Notes under the pieces: model-generated | What the model was told of the DNA's origin: nothing | Seen by the model: only the letters and a program-made list of their open reading frames with translations | Database searches by the model: none | Assembly: GCA_030430155.1 (NCBI GenBank) | Contig: JAUIFV010000001.1 | Coordinates: forward strand, 8,254-72,253 | Direction: 5' to 3' | Length of the DNA: 64,000 nt | Origin: Gammaproteobacteria bacterium | Lineage (GTDB): Bacteria > Pseudomonadota > Gammaproteobacteria > Xanthomonadales > SZUA-5 | Made by a program: the position numbers and the translations under genes | Part shown: piece by piece, positions 46,934 to 55,367 of the stretch | Layout: each line of letters opens with the position of its first letter | How positions within the stretch are numbered: the first letter of the stretch is position 1

Positions 46934-48031
46934 ATGCAGGTGCTCGATCCATCCAATCCGCCGCGCGGGCTGGCCCGTATCTACGCCTGGCCGCGCCTGC
47001 GCGTCGCGCTGATCGTCAGCTTGGTGATTTATCTGCTGCTGGCGGGGAACTGGGAGGCATCCTATTGGGTGCTGATCGGACGACTGCTGTTCATCACCCT
47101 GTCCTGCCTGCTGCTGTTCGGCATCCTGGAGCGCTGGCCGCCGCGGCTGCCCGCCTTCGTGGCCCGCTGGGTGCTGCAGATCGTGGTCGTCGAGCTGTGG
47201 ATTCCGCTGGCGGTGTTCATCAGCTACCGCACTACCACTGGCCACCTGGAAGTGCCGTTCTGGCGCGACCCCAATCACCTCGAGGGTTTCGCCTTCTTCT
47301 GCATTGTCGGGCTGCTGATCGCACCGTGGATCATGGTGACCTCGCTGCTGCGGCAGATCCGCGGCGAAGCGCGCACCCAGGCGCTGGGTTTTGCCCTGGA
47401 GCGCAGCCGGCTGGAACGCAATCTGCTCGACTCCCGGCTGCGTCTGCTCACCGCTCAGGTGGAGCCGCACTTCTTGTTCAACACCTTGGCCAACGTGCGC
47501 GAGCTGGTCGATTCCGGTTCGCCACAGGCCTCGCAGGTGCTGGGCAGTCTGATCAGCTATCTGCGCGCGGCAGTGCCGCGGCTGAACGAGCCGGTCAGCA
47601 CCATCGCCCGTGAGCTGGAGCTGGTGCGCTCCTATCTGCAGGTGATGCAGATGCGCATACCCGATCGTCTGCAGTTCATGATCGACGCCGATCCCGAAAC
47701 GCTGAGTTTGCAGTGCCCGCCGATGACCCTGCTCACGCTGGTGGAGAACGCGGTACGCCACGGTATCGACCCCAGCGAGGAGGGCGGCCGCATTGAAGTG
47801 CGGGTGGAGCGTCAGGACGATCACTGCCGTGCCCGGGTGATCGACAGCGGGGTGGGTCTGCAGTCCGGCAGCGAAGGCTTGGGCACCGGATTGGAAACCC
47901 TGCGCGAGCGCCTGCAGCTGATGTTCGGCGAGCGTGCCAGTTTGCGGCTGAGCGAAGTGCAGCCGCACGGCGTCTGCGCGGAGCTGCGCTTTCCGACGCA
48001 GCTTCAAGACAAGGAAGCTACCGATGACTGA
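46934..48031 (+). CDS. LytS/YehU-type sensor histidine kinase
   Basis: N-terminal TM bundle, His_kinase box EPHFLFNTLANV, and HATPase ENAVRHG. Confidence 0.85.
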   Translation: MQVLDPSNPPRGLARIYAWPRLRVALIVSLVIYLLLAGNWEASYWVLIGRLLFITLSCLLLFGILERWPPRLPAFVARWVLQIVVVELWIPLAVFISYRTTTGHLEVPFWRDPNHLEGFAFFCIVGLLIAPWIMVTSLLRQIRGEARTQALGFALERSRLERNLLDSRLRLLTAQVEPHFLFNTLANVRELVDSGSPQASQVLGSLISYLRAAVPRLNEPVSTIARELELVRSYLQVMQMRIPDRLQFMIDADPETLSLQCPPMTLLTLVENAVRHGIDPSEEGGRIEVRVERQDDHCRARVIDSGVGLQSGSEGLGTGLETLRERLQLMFGERASLRLSEVQPHGVCAELRFPTQLQDKEATDD

Positions 48032-48809
48032 GCTATCGCCCACCGCGATGATCGCCGACGATGAACCGCTGCTGCGCAGCTCGCTCAAGCGCATGCTGGC
48101 GGCGGCCTGGCCGCAGCTGCAGATCGTCGCCGAAGCGCGTAACGGTCGCGAAGCGGTTGAGTACTACCAGCAGCATCGGCCGCAAGTGTGCTTTCTGGAC
48201 GTGCACATGCCCGGGGTGAGCGGCGTGGAAGCGGCGCGGCAGATCGGCCGCGAGGCGCAGCTGGTCTTCGTCACCGCCTACAGCGAGTACGCCCTGGACG
48301 CATTCGAGCACGGCGCGCTGGACTATCTGGTCAAGCCGGTGGAGGCCGAGCGCCTGGCCGATACCGTGGCCCGCCTGCGCCAGCGTCTGAGCGAACGCCA
48401 GCAGGGGCTGCACAGCGAGGCCCTGCTCGATCAGCTGGCCGAACGCCTAAGCGCAAAGCGCAAACCGGCGCCGCTACGCTGGCTGCGCGCCTCGGTGGGC
48501 AACGTGCTGCGGATGATTGCGGTGGAGGACATCGACTATCTGCGCTCGGACGAAAAATACACCCGCATCGCCTGGCGCGAAGCCGATCAAAGCCCCGCCC
48601 AAGCGCTGATCCGCACGCCGCTCAAGGAACTGATCGAGCAGCTCGACGGCGAACGCTTCGTCCAGGTGCACCGCTCCGTGGTGGTCAACCTGCACGCCAT
48701 CGACAAGGTGCTGCGCAACGACAACGAAACCGCCACATTGGTGCTGAAGGGGGACGGGGAGCGGTTGCCTGTGAGTCGTAGCTATGTGGGGTTGTTTCGG
48801 CAGATGTAG
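48024..48809 (+). CDS. LytTR-family response regulator
   Basis: REC domain (MIADDEPLL, CFLDVHMPG) plus a C-terminal LytTR domain. Overlaps the kinase by 8 nt. Confidence 0.9.
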   Translation: MTELSPTAMIADDEPLLRSSLKRMLAAAWPQLQIVAEARNGREAVEYYQQHRPQVCFLDVHMPGVSGVEAARQIGREAQLVFVTAYSEYALDAFEHGALDYLVKPVEAERLADTVARLRQRLSERQQGLHSEALLDQLAERLSAKRKPAPLRWLRASVGNVLRMIAVEDIDYLRSDEKYTRIAWREADQSPAQALIRTPLKELIEQLDGERFVQVHRSVVVNLHAIDKVLRNDNETATLVLKGDGERLPVSRSYVGLFRQM

Positions 48810-49140
48810 GTGGGGCGAGGGCCCAGGGTTTAGGGCCCAGGGCCCAGGTGCGGCGGCTTGTAGGCATTCGCATTGAGGTGTGGGACGCCGGCCTGCCGGA
48901 AAGCCCATTGGCGGGCACGCTGCGCTTTGCCCACCCTACGAAAGGCTGGCGGCTTCGGGCAACCGTATTGGACTATGTGGTTGTTTTGGCAGATGTAGTT
49001 GCGGGAGGGCCCAGGGCCCAGGGCCCAGGGCATAGGGCCCAGGTGCGGCGGTTCGGAGCTGTTCTGGTTATCGCGTTCGGTCACGTTGGTGCGAAACATC
49101 AGTGGCGGGCACGCTGCGCTTTGCCCACCCTACGAAAGGC
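48781..49140. repeat. imperfect tandem duplication (~190-194 bp x2) that includes the last ~28 nt of the LytTR gene
   Basis: GCTATGTGGGGTTGTTTCGGCAGATGTAG...heptads...AGGTGCGGCGG...REP (48781-48946), versus GACTATGTGGTTGTTTTGGCAGATGTAG...heptads...AGGTGCGGCGG...REP (48971-49140). Confidence 0.8.
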
Positions 49141-49186
49141 GGCGATCGCGAGGATGCGTAGGTTGGGCAAAGCGCAGCGTGCCCGA
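49104..49186. repeat. inverted pair of REP-like units
   Basis: GGCGGGCACGCTGCGCTTTGCCCACCCTACG ... CGTAGGTTGGGCAAAGCGCAGCGTGCCCGAC. Confidence 0.85.
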
Positions 49187-49223
49187 CTCGTGGACCACAT
49201 GAACGCCTTGGCCCACACGCAGA

Positions 49224-49279
49224 GATAAGGTCCGGGCCAAGCGACGCTCTTGCTCCGCTGGGCTCTATGCCCCGAGCCC
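49224..49279. repeat. element right end, copy 1 (direct repeat partner of 50365-50421)
   Basis: GATAAGGTCCGGGCCAAGCGACGCTCTTGCTCCGCTGGGCTCTATGCCCCGAGCCC. Confidence 0.75.
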
Positions 49280-49310
49280 GCCCAGACGCTCGAAGGGATA
49301 GACTTCGCCA

Positions 49311-50312
49311 ATGAGTCCAACCGCCACTACGACTTGCGATTATTGCGGTGCGGAAGTCCAGTTGGCGACGCGGCTGAGGAACGACGGCGCCTGCGAGCCT
49401 TGTCACAAGATCAACAGTGCAGATGAAGTCTGCAGGGACACCCCGCTAAGCATCCCTCGCTTCCAGCTGACATTCAGAGTTTCCTTCGCGGCAGACCCCG
49501 AGATCGCTGGCACTGGCGGAGACTTTTGCTTTCGCTGCGTCTCAAGAGGAGCGAATGAAGCAGTCGCGGAACGGGCGGGGCTGAAGTTGGTGGAAAACAC
49601 CATCAAACGACTATCCCCTAAATCGGTTGCAAGTTGTGCTGTCGCCTTGTCAGCGTGCCGACCCTCAACTGAGTTCGACTTCACCAAGTTCCAGGACGTC
49701 AGCGCGGGAGACTTTGTGCCACTTGATGAAGTTTCTGGTGAGCTGCCCGAGCCGCATAGCCGCGCCACGCTATCCATGGACAAAGTCGAAGCGCTGCTCT
49801 TCGAGCTGGCAAGAAAATCTATCGAGGAGTTCTTCTCCTCGCACGCTCATGAATCGTTCTATGCCTTTGGATTCGATTGCAACGCCGAGTACGGCGATGT
49901 CTTGTTGTGCGCCAACACAGACGCGGAGTTTGAGAAGACCAAGAAGCACTACGTGGAACAATGGAACTACCAGTCCGAAGAGCAGTTCTGCAGTCTGCGC
50001 CGCAGTTTTGGTGACTGGACTTACCAGGGCTTCAATATGAACCAAGCCGGTTGGAACGAATCTTGGGAAGCGGTCGAGCGGGAGATCCAGAGCGCTCACG
50101 GGATCGGTCAAGACTGGGCAGTTGAGGATCAAGAGCTAACCGAAGCCTTTCTCCAATGTGTTTGTCGGGTGCTCATTCGCTTGGAGCAAGACCCGGTTTT
50201 CGAGCGGATTTCGAAGACAGAAGACTTCATTGTCCAAGTTTGTGACCACGACGAAGACATCTTCACTGCCGATGCGCGACTTGCCGGGGTACGCGCAACG
50301 CTAGCGATCTAG
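49311..50312 (+). CDS. hypothetical protein: N-terminal CxxC...CxxC zinc-ribbon-like motif, C-terminal DUF4303-like domain
   Basis: 333-aa ORF. CDYCGAEV...CEPCHK. The C-terminal half (ESFYAFGFDCNAEYGDVLLCANT ... DFIVQVCDHDED) resembles DUF4303 from memory. G+C is 52-60% in three hand-counted 100-nt samples, versus 68% in the neighbouring gene. Confidence 0.55.
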   Translation: MSPTATTTCDYCGAEVQLATRLRNDGACEPCHKINSADEVCRDTPLSIPRFQLTFRVSFAADPEIAGTGGDFCFRCVSRGANEAVAERAGLKLVENTIKRLSPKSVASCAVALSACRPSTEFDFTKFQDVSAGDFVPLDEVSGELPEPHSRATLSMDKVEALLFELARKSIEEFFSSHAHESFYAFGFDCNAEYGDVLLCANTDAEFEKTKKHYVEQWNYQSEEQFCSLRRSFGDWTYQGFNMNQAGWNESWEAVEREIQSAHGIGQDWAVEDQELTEAFLQCVCRVLIRLEQDPVFERISKTEDFIVQVCDHDEDIFTADARLAGVRATLAI

Positions 50313-50344
50313 GCAACTGCGAATCACAGAACTGACATGGGTCG

Positions 50345-50428
50345 CCCATTGGCGGGCACGCAGCGATGAGGTCCCGCCCAGGCGGCGGCCTTTGCTCTGC
50401 TGGGCCCTATGCCCTGAGCCCTGGGCCC
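50345..50428. repeat. partial REP unit plus element right end, copy 2
   Basis: CCCATTGGCGGGCACGC...GATGAGGTCCCGCCCAGGCGGCGGCCTTTGCTCTGCTGGGCCCTATGCCCTGAGCCCTGGGCCC. Confidence 0.75.
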
Positions 50429-50434
50429 TAAATA

Positions 50435-50512
50435 CCCCCAAACCCGCAAAAACCCCTTCAAAACCCCCACTTTCCCCTCACTTCACCCCATTCCACCCCC
50501 ATTTCACCGCCC
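50435..50512. promoter_or_regulatory. phased C-tract repeats (about 10-11 bp period) upstream of the second RND pump
   Basis: C3-5 tracts start at 50435, 50443, 50453, 50464, 50474, 50486 and 50496, separated by A/T-rich WTTCA-like spacers. About 100 nt upstream of ATG 50613. Confidence 0.35.
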
Positions 50513-50612
50513 GTGACCCAAATCCTGCGATTGCCGAACTTTCGGCACGCGCGATGCGACCTTGGCGGCGTTGTAATGCTCTTTACCGTTGTGCATGCAA
50601 GGTCTGGCAGCC

Positions 50613-53600
50613 ATGTCGATCACCGAAAACTCCGTTCGCAACCCGGCTGCCGTGGCGGTGGCGGTGGGGGTGATCCTGCTGTTGGGTCTGGTCAGCCTGG
50701 ACCGCTTGCCGATCCAGCTGTTTCCGGACATCGAGCGCCCGCAGATGTCGATCAACACCGGCTGGCGCGCCTCCTCACCGCACGAGGTGGAGAGCGAGAT
50801 ACTCAAACCCCAGGAGGAAGTGCTGCAGGGTTTGGCCGGATTGGAATCGCTGGACGGCAGCGCCAATCCGGGCTTTTCTTCGATCAACCTGCAGTTCGCC
50901 CTCGGCACCGACATGCAGCAGACGCTGATCGAAGTGATCAGCCGGCTGCAGCGGGTGCCACCGCTGCCGGCCGATGCCAATCCGCCGGTGGTCAGCCTGG
51001 GCGGCGGCTTTGGCGGCGGCAACGCCAACCAGTCGCTGACCTGGTTCTTCGTGCAGAAGCTGCCCGACACGCCGGGCGAGATCGAGGACTACATCCAGGC
51101 CGTCGAAGAGCTCGTCAAACCGGCCTTTGAAGCGGTCCCCGGGGTGGCCAGCGTCACCGTCAATGCCGGCTCCGGCCAGGGCAATCTGGACGAGCTGCAG
51201 ATCCTGATCGACCCGGAGAAGGCCGCCGCGATGGGCGTGCCGGTGACCGACCTGGTCAATCGGGTGGGCCGCGCCAACGACGTCTCCGGCGGCTCGCTGG
51301 AATTCGGGCGGCGCCTGTATGCGCTGCGCTTTGTCGGTCGCTACGCGCCGGAGGAGCTCGGCGAAACGGTAATCCACTGGCGCAACGGCAGCCCGGTACG
51401 GCTGCGCGATGTGGCTACGGTCAGCGTGCAGCGCGCCGAGCGCAACAACTTCGCCTATCAGAACAACAACCCGGCGATGGGCATCCGCATCGATCGCCAG
51501 AACGGCGCCAACGTGCTGGCCACGCTGACCGAAGTGAAGAAGGTCGCCGCCGAGCTCACCGACGGCCCGCTGGCCAATATGGGCCTGGACATGGCGCAGT
51601 CCTTCGACGCCTCGGTGTTTATCCTGCGCGCGGTCAATCTGCTCACTTCCAACCTGGGCCTGGGCGTGCTGCTGGCCATCGCCACGCTATGGTGGTTCCT
51701 GCGCGACGGCCGGGCCACGCTGGTGATCGCGCTGGCCATTCCCATCTGTCTGGCCGCCACTCTGCTGGTGCTGGCGCTGACCGGGCGCTCGCTGAACGCG
51801 ATCTCGCTGGCCGGGCTGGCTTTCGCCGTCGGCATGGTGCTGGACGCGGCCATCGTCGTCGCCGAGGCCATCGTCGCCCGGCGCGAAGCCGGCTTGGGCG
51901 TGCGCGAAGCGGCGATTGCCGCCGCGGCCCGGGTCAAGGGCGCGCTGCTGGCCTCCACCGCCACCACCGTGGCGATCTTCATTCCGGTGCTGTTCCTTGA
52001 AGGCGTGGAAGGCCAGCTGTTCTCCGATCTGGCATTGACCATCGCCATCGCGGTGGCGATCTCGATGCTGGTCGCGCTGACCGTGCTGCCCACCGCCGCC
52101 GGGCTGATGCTCAGCCGGCAGCAGTCCAGCGCCCAGAACCGGGTCCCGACCAGGGTTGTGGATCTGGTGATGGGCGCCACCGATACCTCGGCCCGACGCT
52201 GGGGCTGGGTGGCCGGATTGATCGGCGGCGGTGTGCTGCTGACTTGGACCCTGCTGCCCAGTCTGGACTACCTGCCGCCGGTCAAGCGCGATGCGGTCGA
52301 CGTGTTCATCAATCCGCCGCCGGGCCTGCCCTCGGAGGTTTCCGAGCGGGAGATCTTCCTGCCGCTACTGGAGCGACTGCGCCCCTACATGGACGGCGAG
52401 AAAGAGCCGGCACTGCGCAACTACTACATGATCGGCTGGGGCGGTGGTGGCACCCTGGGCATCCGCGCGCTGGATCAGAGTCGGGTCAAGGAGCTGGAGC
52501 AGATCGTCCGCACCGAGATCATCAGCGGCTTCCCCGACGTGCGCGCATTCGCCGCCCAGGGCAATCTTTTTGGCGGCATTGCCGACAACCGCTCGATTCA
52601 GATTCACCTGCAGTCACGCGACATCGAAGGTCTGGGCGAAGTGGCGCGCAAGGGTCAGGAGCTGCTCACCGCGGCCTTCCCCGGCGCGGTGGTCAACGCC
52701 TTCCCGCCGCCGGATTTCGCCGCACCGGAGATCCGCGTGCGCCCCAATGATCGGCGCTTGAGCGAAGTGGGCTGGAATCGCGCCGAAGCCGCGCAGGTGA
52801 TCCGCACCTTCGGTGACGGCCTGTGGCTGGGCGAGCATTTCGACGGCGAAAACCGCCTCGATGTGCTGCTGAAGACCCCGGACTGGTCCGGGCCTGAGGA
52901 TCTGGCCCGAGTGCCGGTAGCCACGCCGGCCGGCGCGGTGGTGCCGTTGGGCGAGCTGATGGCCTTCGAACAGGCGGTGGGACCGGCCAATCTGCGCCGT
53001 GTCGACGGCCGCCGTACGGTGAGCCTGAACATCGCCCCGCCCGAGGACATGTCGCTGGAAGACGCGATGAGCATCGTCCGCAACGACATCGAACCGCAGC
53101 TGCGCCCGCTGCTGCCGGTGGACGGCAGCATCCGCTACGGCGGCAGCGCCGATTCGCTGGCCAAGGCGATGCGCGCCATGGGCGGCAACTTCGCCATCGC
53201 CCTGGTCCTGCTGCTGATGCTGATGGCGGCGCTGTTCCGCTCCATCAAGGACAGCGCGCTGGTGATGCTGACCGTGCCGCTGGCCACCGTGGGCGGGGTG
53301 ATCGGCCTGCGCCTGACCAATCTGATCGTGTTCCAGCCGCTGGATCTGCTGACCATGATCGGCTTCGTGATTCTGCTCGGCCTGACTGTCAACAATGCCA
53401 TCCTGCTGGTCGACCGCACCCGCGCCAACCAGCGCGAAGGTGCCGATCGCGACAGCGCAGTGCGCGCCGCGGTAGCCGAGCGGCTGCGCCCGATCCTGAT
53501 GAGTACCACCACCACCCTGGTCGGCATGCTGCCGCTGGTGCTGATCCCCGGACCGGGATCGGTGATCTACCGCGGCCTGGCTGTGGTGATTGTGGGCGGA

Positions 53601-53732
53601 ATGGCCCTGTCCCTGCTGTTTACCCTGATCCTGCTGCCGGCGCTGCTGCGCATGGAAACGCTGCCCAAGCCGGCCTGGCTGGATCGCTTGCTGAGTGCCG
53701 AACGATGGACCAAAGCCGAGAATCAAACATGA
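50613..53732 (+). CDS. RND efflux permease (AcrB/AcrD/AcrF family)
   Basis: Start trimmed to MSITENSVRNPAAVAVAVGVILL. ~1040 aa, 12-TM pump layout. Confidence 0.9.
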   Translation: MSITENSVRNPAAVAVAVGVILLLGLVSLDRLPIQLFPDIERPQMSINTGWRASSPHEVESEILKPQEEVLQGLAGLESLDGSANPGFSSINLQFALGTDMQQTLIEVISRLQRVPPLPADANPPVVSLGGGFGGGNANQSLTWFFVQKLPDTPGEIEDYIQAVEELVKPAFEAVPGVASVTVNAGSGQGNLDELQILIDPEKAAAMGVPVTDLVNRVGRANDVSGGSLEFGRRLYALRFVGRYAPEELGETVIHWRNGSPVRLRDVATVSVQRAERNNFAYQNNNPAMGIRIDRQNGANVLATLTEVKKVAAELTDGPLANMGLDMAQSFDASVFILRAVNLLTSNLGLGVLLAIATLWWFLRDGRATLVIALAIPICLAATLLVLALTGRSLNAISLAGLAFAVGMVLDAAIVVAEAIVARREAGLGVREAAIAAAARVKGALLASTATTVAIFIPVLFLEGVEGQLFSDLALTIAIAVAISMLVALTVLPTAAGLMLSRQQSSAQNRVPTRVVDLVMGATDTSARRWGWVAGLIGGGVLLTWTLLPSLDYLPPVKRDAVDVFINPPPGLPSEVSEREIFLPLLERLRPYMDGEKEPALRNYYMIGWGGGGTLGIRALDQSRVKELEQIVRTEIISGFPDVRAFAAQGNLFGGIADNRSIQIHLQSRDIEGLGEVARKGQELLTAAFPGAVVNAFPPPDFAAPEIRVRPNDRRLSEVGWNRAEAAQVIRTFGDGLWLGEHFDGENRLDVLLKTPDWSGPEDLARVPVATPAGAVVPLGELMAFEQAVGPANLRRVDGRRTVSLNIAPPEDMSLEDAMSIVRNDIEPQLRPLLPVDGSIRYGGSADSLAKAMRAMGGNFAIALVLLLMLMAALFRSIKDSALVMLTVPLATVGGVIGLRLTNLIVFQPLDLLTMIGFVILLGLTVNNAILLVDRTRANQREGADRDSAVRAAVAERLRPILMSTTTTLVGMLPLVLIPGPGSVIYRGLAVVIVGGMALSLLFTLILLPALLRMETLPKPAWLDRLLSAERWTKAENQT

Positions 53733-54793
53733 GCGCGAAACTCGCCGTAGCTGCGTTGCTGCTGGGCGCCAATCTGGCGATTGCCCAACAGCCCGCGCCG
53801 CCGCCAACCCCGGTCAGCGTGCGTAGCGTGATCCAAACCGAGCTGGCGCCGACCAGCTGGGTGCCGGGCAGCGTGGTGGCCGCTGCCGACGCGCGGGTCA
53901 GCGCCGAGGTCAGCGGCCGATTGGAATGGGTCGCCGAAGTCGGCACCCGGGTAGCCAAAGGCGATTCCCTGGCTCGCGGCGACAGCGCCGCGCTGAAGAT
54001 CGAGCAGCAGACCCAAAACGCTGTCATCGATCGACTGCAGGCCCAGCTCACCTATCGCGAGCAGCAGGTGCAGCGCTACACCCAGCTGGCCGCCAAGAAC
54101 GTTGCCGCCGGCGATCAGCTCGACAGCGCCAAGTCGGAGCTGGCGATGACCCGCGCCGACCTGGCTCAGGCCCGCGCCCAGCTGGCCGAGATCAAGCATC
54201 GCTTGAACCGTTCCAACGTCCGCGCGCCCTTTGACGGGGTGGTGGTCGCGCGCCTGGCCCAGGCCGGCGAGTATCTCAATCCCGGTACCCCGGTGGTGCG
54301 CCTGGTGGATGTGGTGCACCGCGAGATCAGCGCCCAGGTGCCGCTGGCGGTGTACAACCTGCTGGCCGACGGCGACAGCCTGAACGTGCGCTACGGCGGC
54401 CAGGTCCTGCGCCTGCCGGTGCGCAGCCGCATCGGCGTCGGCGACCCCACCTCACGCAGCGCCGAGGTGCGGATGAAGGTCGGCCAGGAGGACTGGGTGG
54501 TCGGCAGCGCGGTGGAAGTCGGGGTGCCCGAAGCGGCCAGCAAGCAGGTCATCGCGGTGCATCGCGACGCCATCCTGCTCCGCGCCGGCCAGCGCTTCGT
54601 CTACCGGGTCGGCGCCAGCGGCAAGGCCGAGCGGGTGGAGATCCGCGAGGGGCTGTCGGTGGGCGATCAGGTCGAAATCATCGGCGATCTGCAGGAAGGC
54701 GATCTGGTCGTGGTCCGCGGCGGCGAGCGGCTGGGTGACGGCAGCGTGGTGCAGATACTGGATGGGGCAGCGGCTGCGCAGGCTGGGGGCTAG
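53729..54793 (+). CDS. efflux RND periplasmic adaptor subunit
   Basis: The ATG overlaps the RND stop (ATGA). Signal peptide, coiled-coil and beta-barrel MFP pattern. Confidence 0.85.
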   Translation: MSAKLAVAALLLGANLAIAQQPAPPPTPVSVRSVIQTELAPTSWVPGSVVAAADARVSAEVSGRLEWVAEVGTRVAKGDSLARGDSAALKIEQQTQNAVIDRLQAQLTYREQQVQRYTQLAAKNVAAGDQLDSAKSELAMTRADLAQARAQLAEIKHRLNRSNVRAPFDGVVVARLAQAGEYLNPGTPVVRLVDVVHREISAQVPLAVYNLLADGDSLNVRYGGQVLRLPVRSRIGVGDPTSRSAEVRMKVGQEDWVVGSAVEVGVPEAASKQVIAVHRDAILLRAGQRFVYRVGASGKAERVEIREGLSVGDQVEIIGDLQEGDLVVVRGGERLGDGSVVQILDGAAAAQAGG

Positions 54794-54807
54794 CAACCCG
54801 CCGGTCA

Positions 54808-55365
54808 CTACGCGCGTTCGGTCCCCCGGGGATTGGGCTCTGACGGTGCAATCCCCCGCTGCGCGATGCTCTGCAACCGCAGTCCCAGCATCCGCCGCGC
54901 AAGCGGATGCAGCTGCGTGGTGTCGGCCTGCAATCGCAACAGTCGGCGCCGGCCGAGGCGCGAATCCAGTACCGCCAGACTTTGAATCAACGGGTCGTTG
55001 GAGATCAGCGCGTCCTCCACAGCGAGATCGTGGACAAACTCCCAGCAGGATTGGTAGGCGTCCTGGCGTGACAGCTCACCGTACGCCATCTCGCCATAGC
55101 CTCGAGCCTGTGCAGGCGTCACCGATTCCGGCACCGGGGCATCGCTAACCCAGCGATCGTCCTCTACACGCAGACTATCTTCGTCTCCGAGCGCTCTATT
55201 CCAGAAAGCGCGGGTGCAGAAGTTGGCGACGATCTGCTGATCAACGCTGAGCCAGGCGTGCCCGCACTGGCAGTTGCCGTAGGCTGCGCTGTTGATCGTC
55301 GCCCGGCCCTTCAGGTCCGGCGCGAAGCGATCTTCGACCAACTTCTTGAGCTTGCTCCAGCGCAC
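54808..55365 (-). CDS. conserved hypothetical protein (possibly SF0329-like)
   Basis: 185-aa ORF MRWSKLKKLVEDRF..., 2 nt downstream of the giant repeat protein gene. Family assignment is from memory and weak. Confidence 0.45.
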   Translation of the reverse strand: MRWSKLKKLVEDRFAPDLKGRATINSAAYGNCQCGHAWLSVDQQIVANFCTRAFWNRALGDEDSLRVEDDRWVSDAPVPESVTPAQARGYGEMAYGELSRQDAYQSCWEFVHDLAVEDALISNDPLIQSLAVLDSRLGRRRLLRLQADTTQLHPLARRMLGLRLQSIAQRGIAPSEPNPRGTERA

Positions 55366-55367
55366 TA

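Noticed and set aside
46043-48094. 683-aa minus-strand ORF opposite the DUF2306-like and LytS genes
   Set aside because: The product is Q/R/H/G/D-rich with no motifs. The plus-strand genes have clear TM and kinase signatures.
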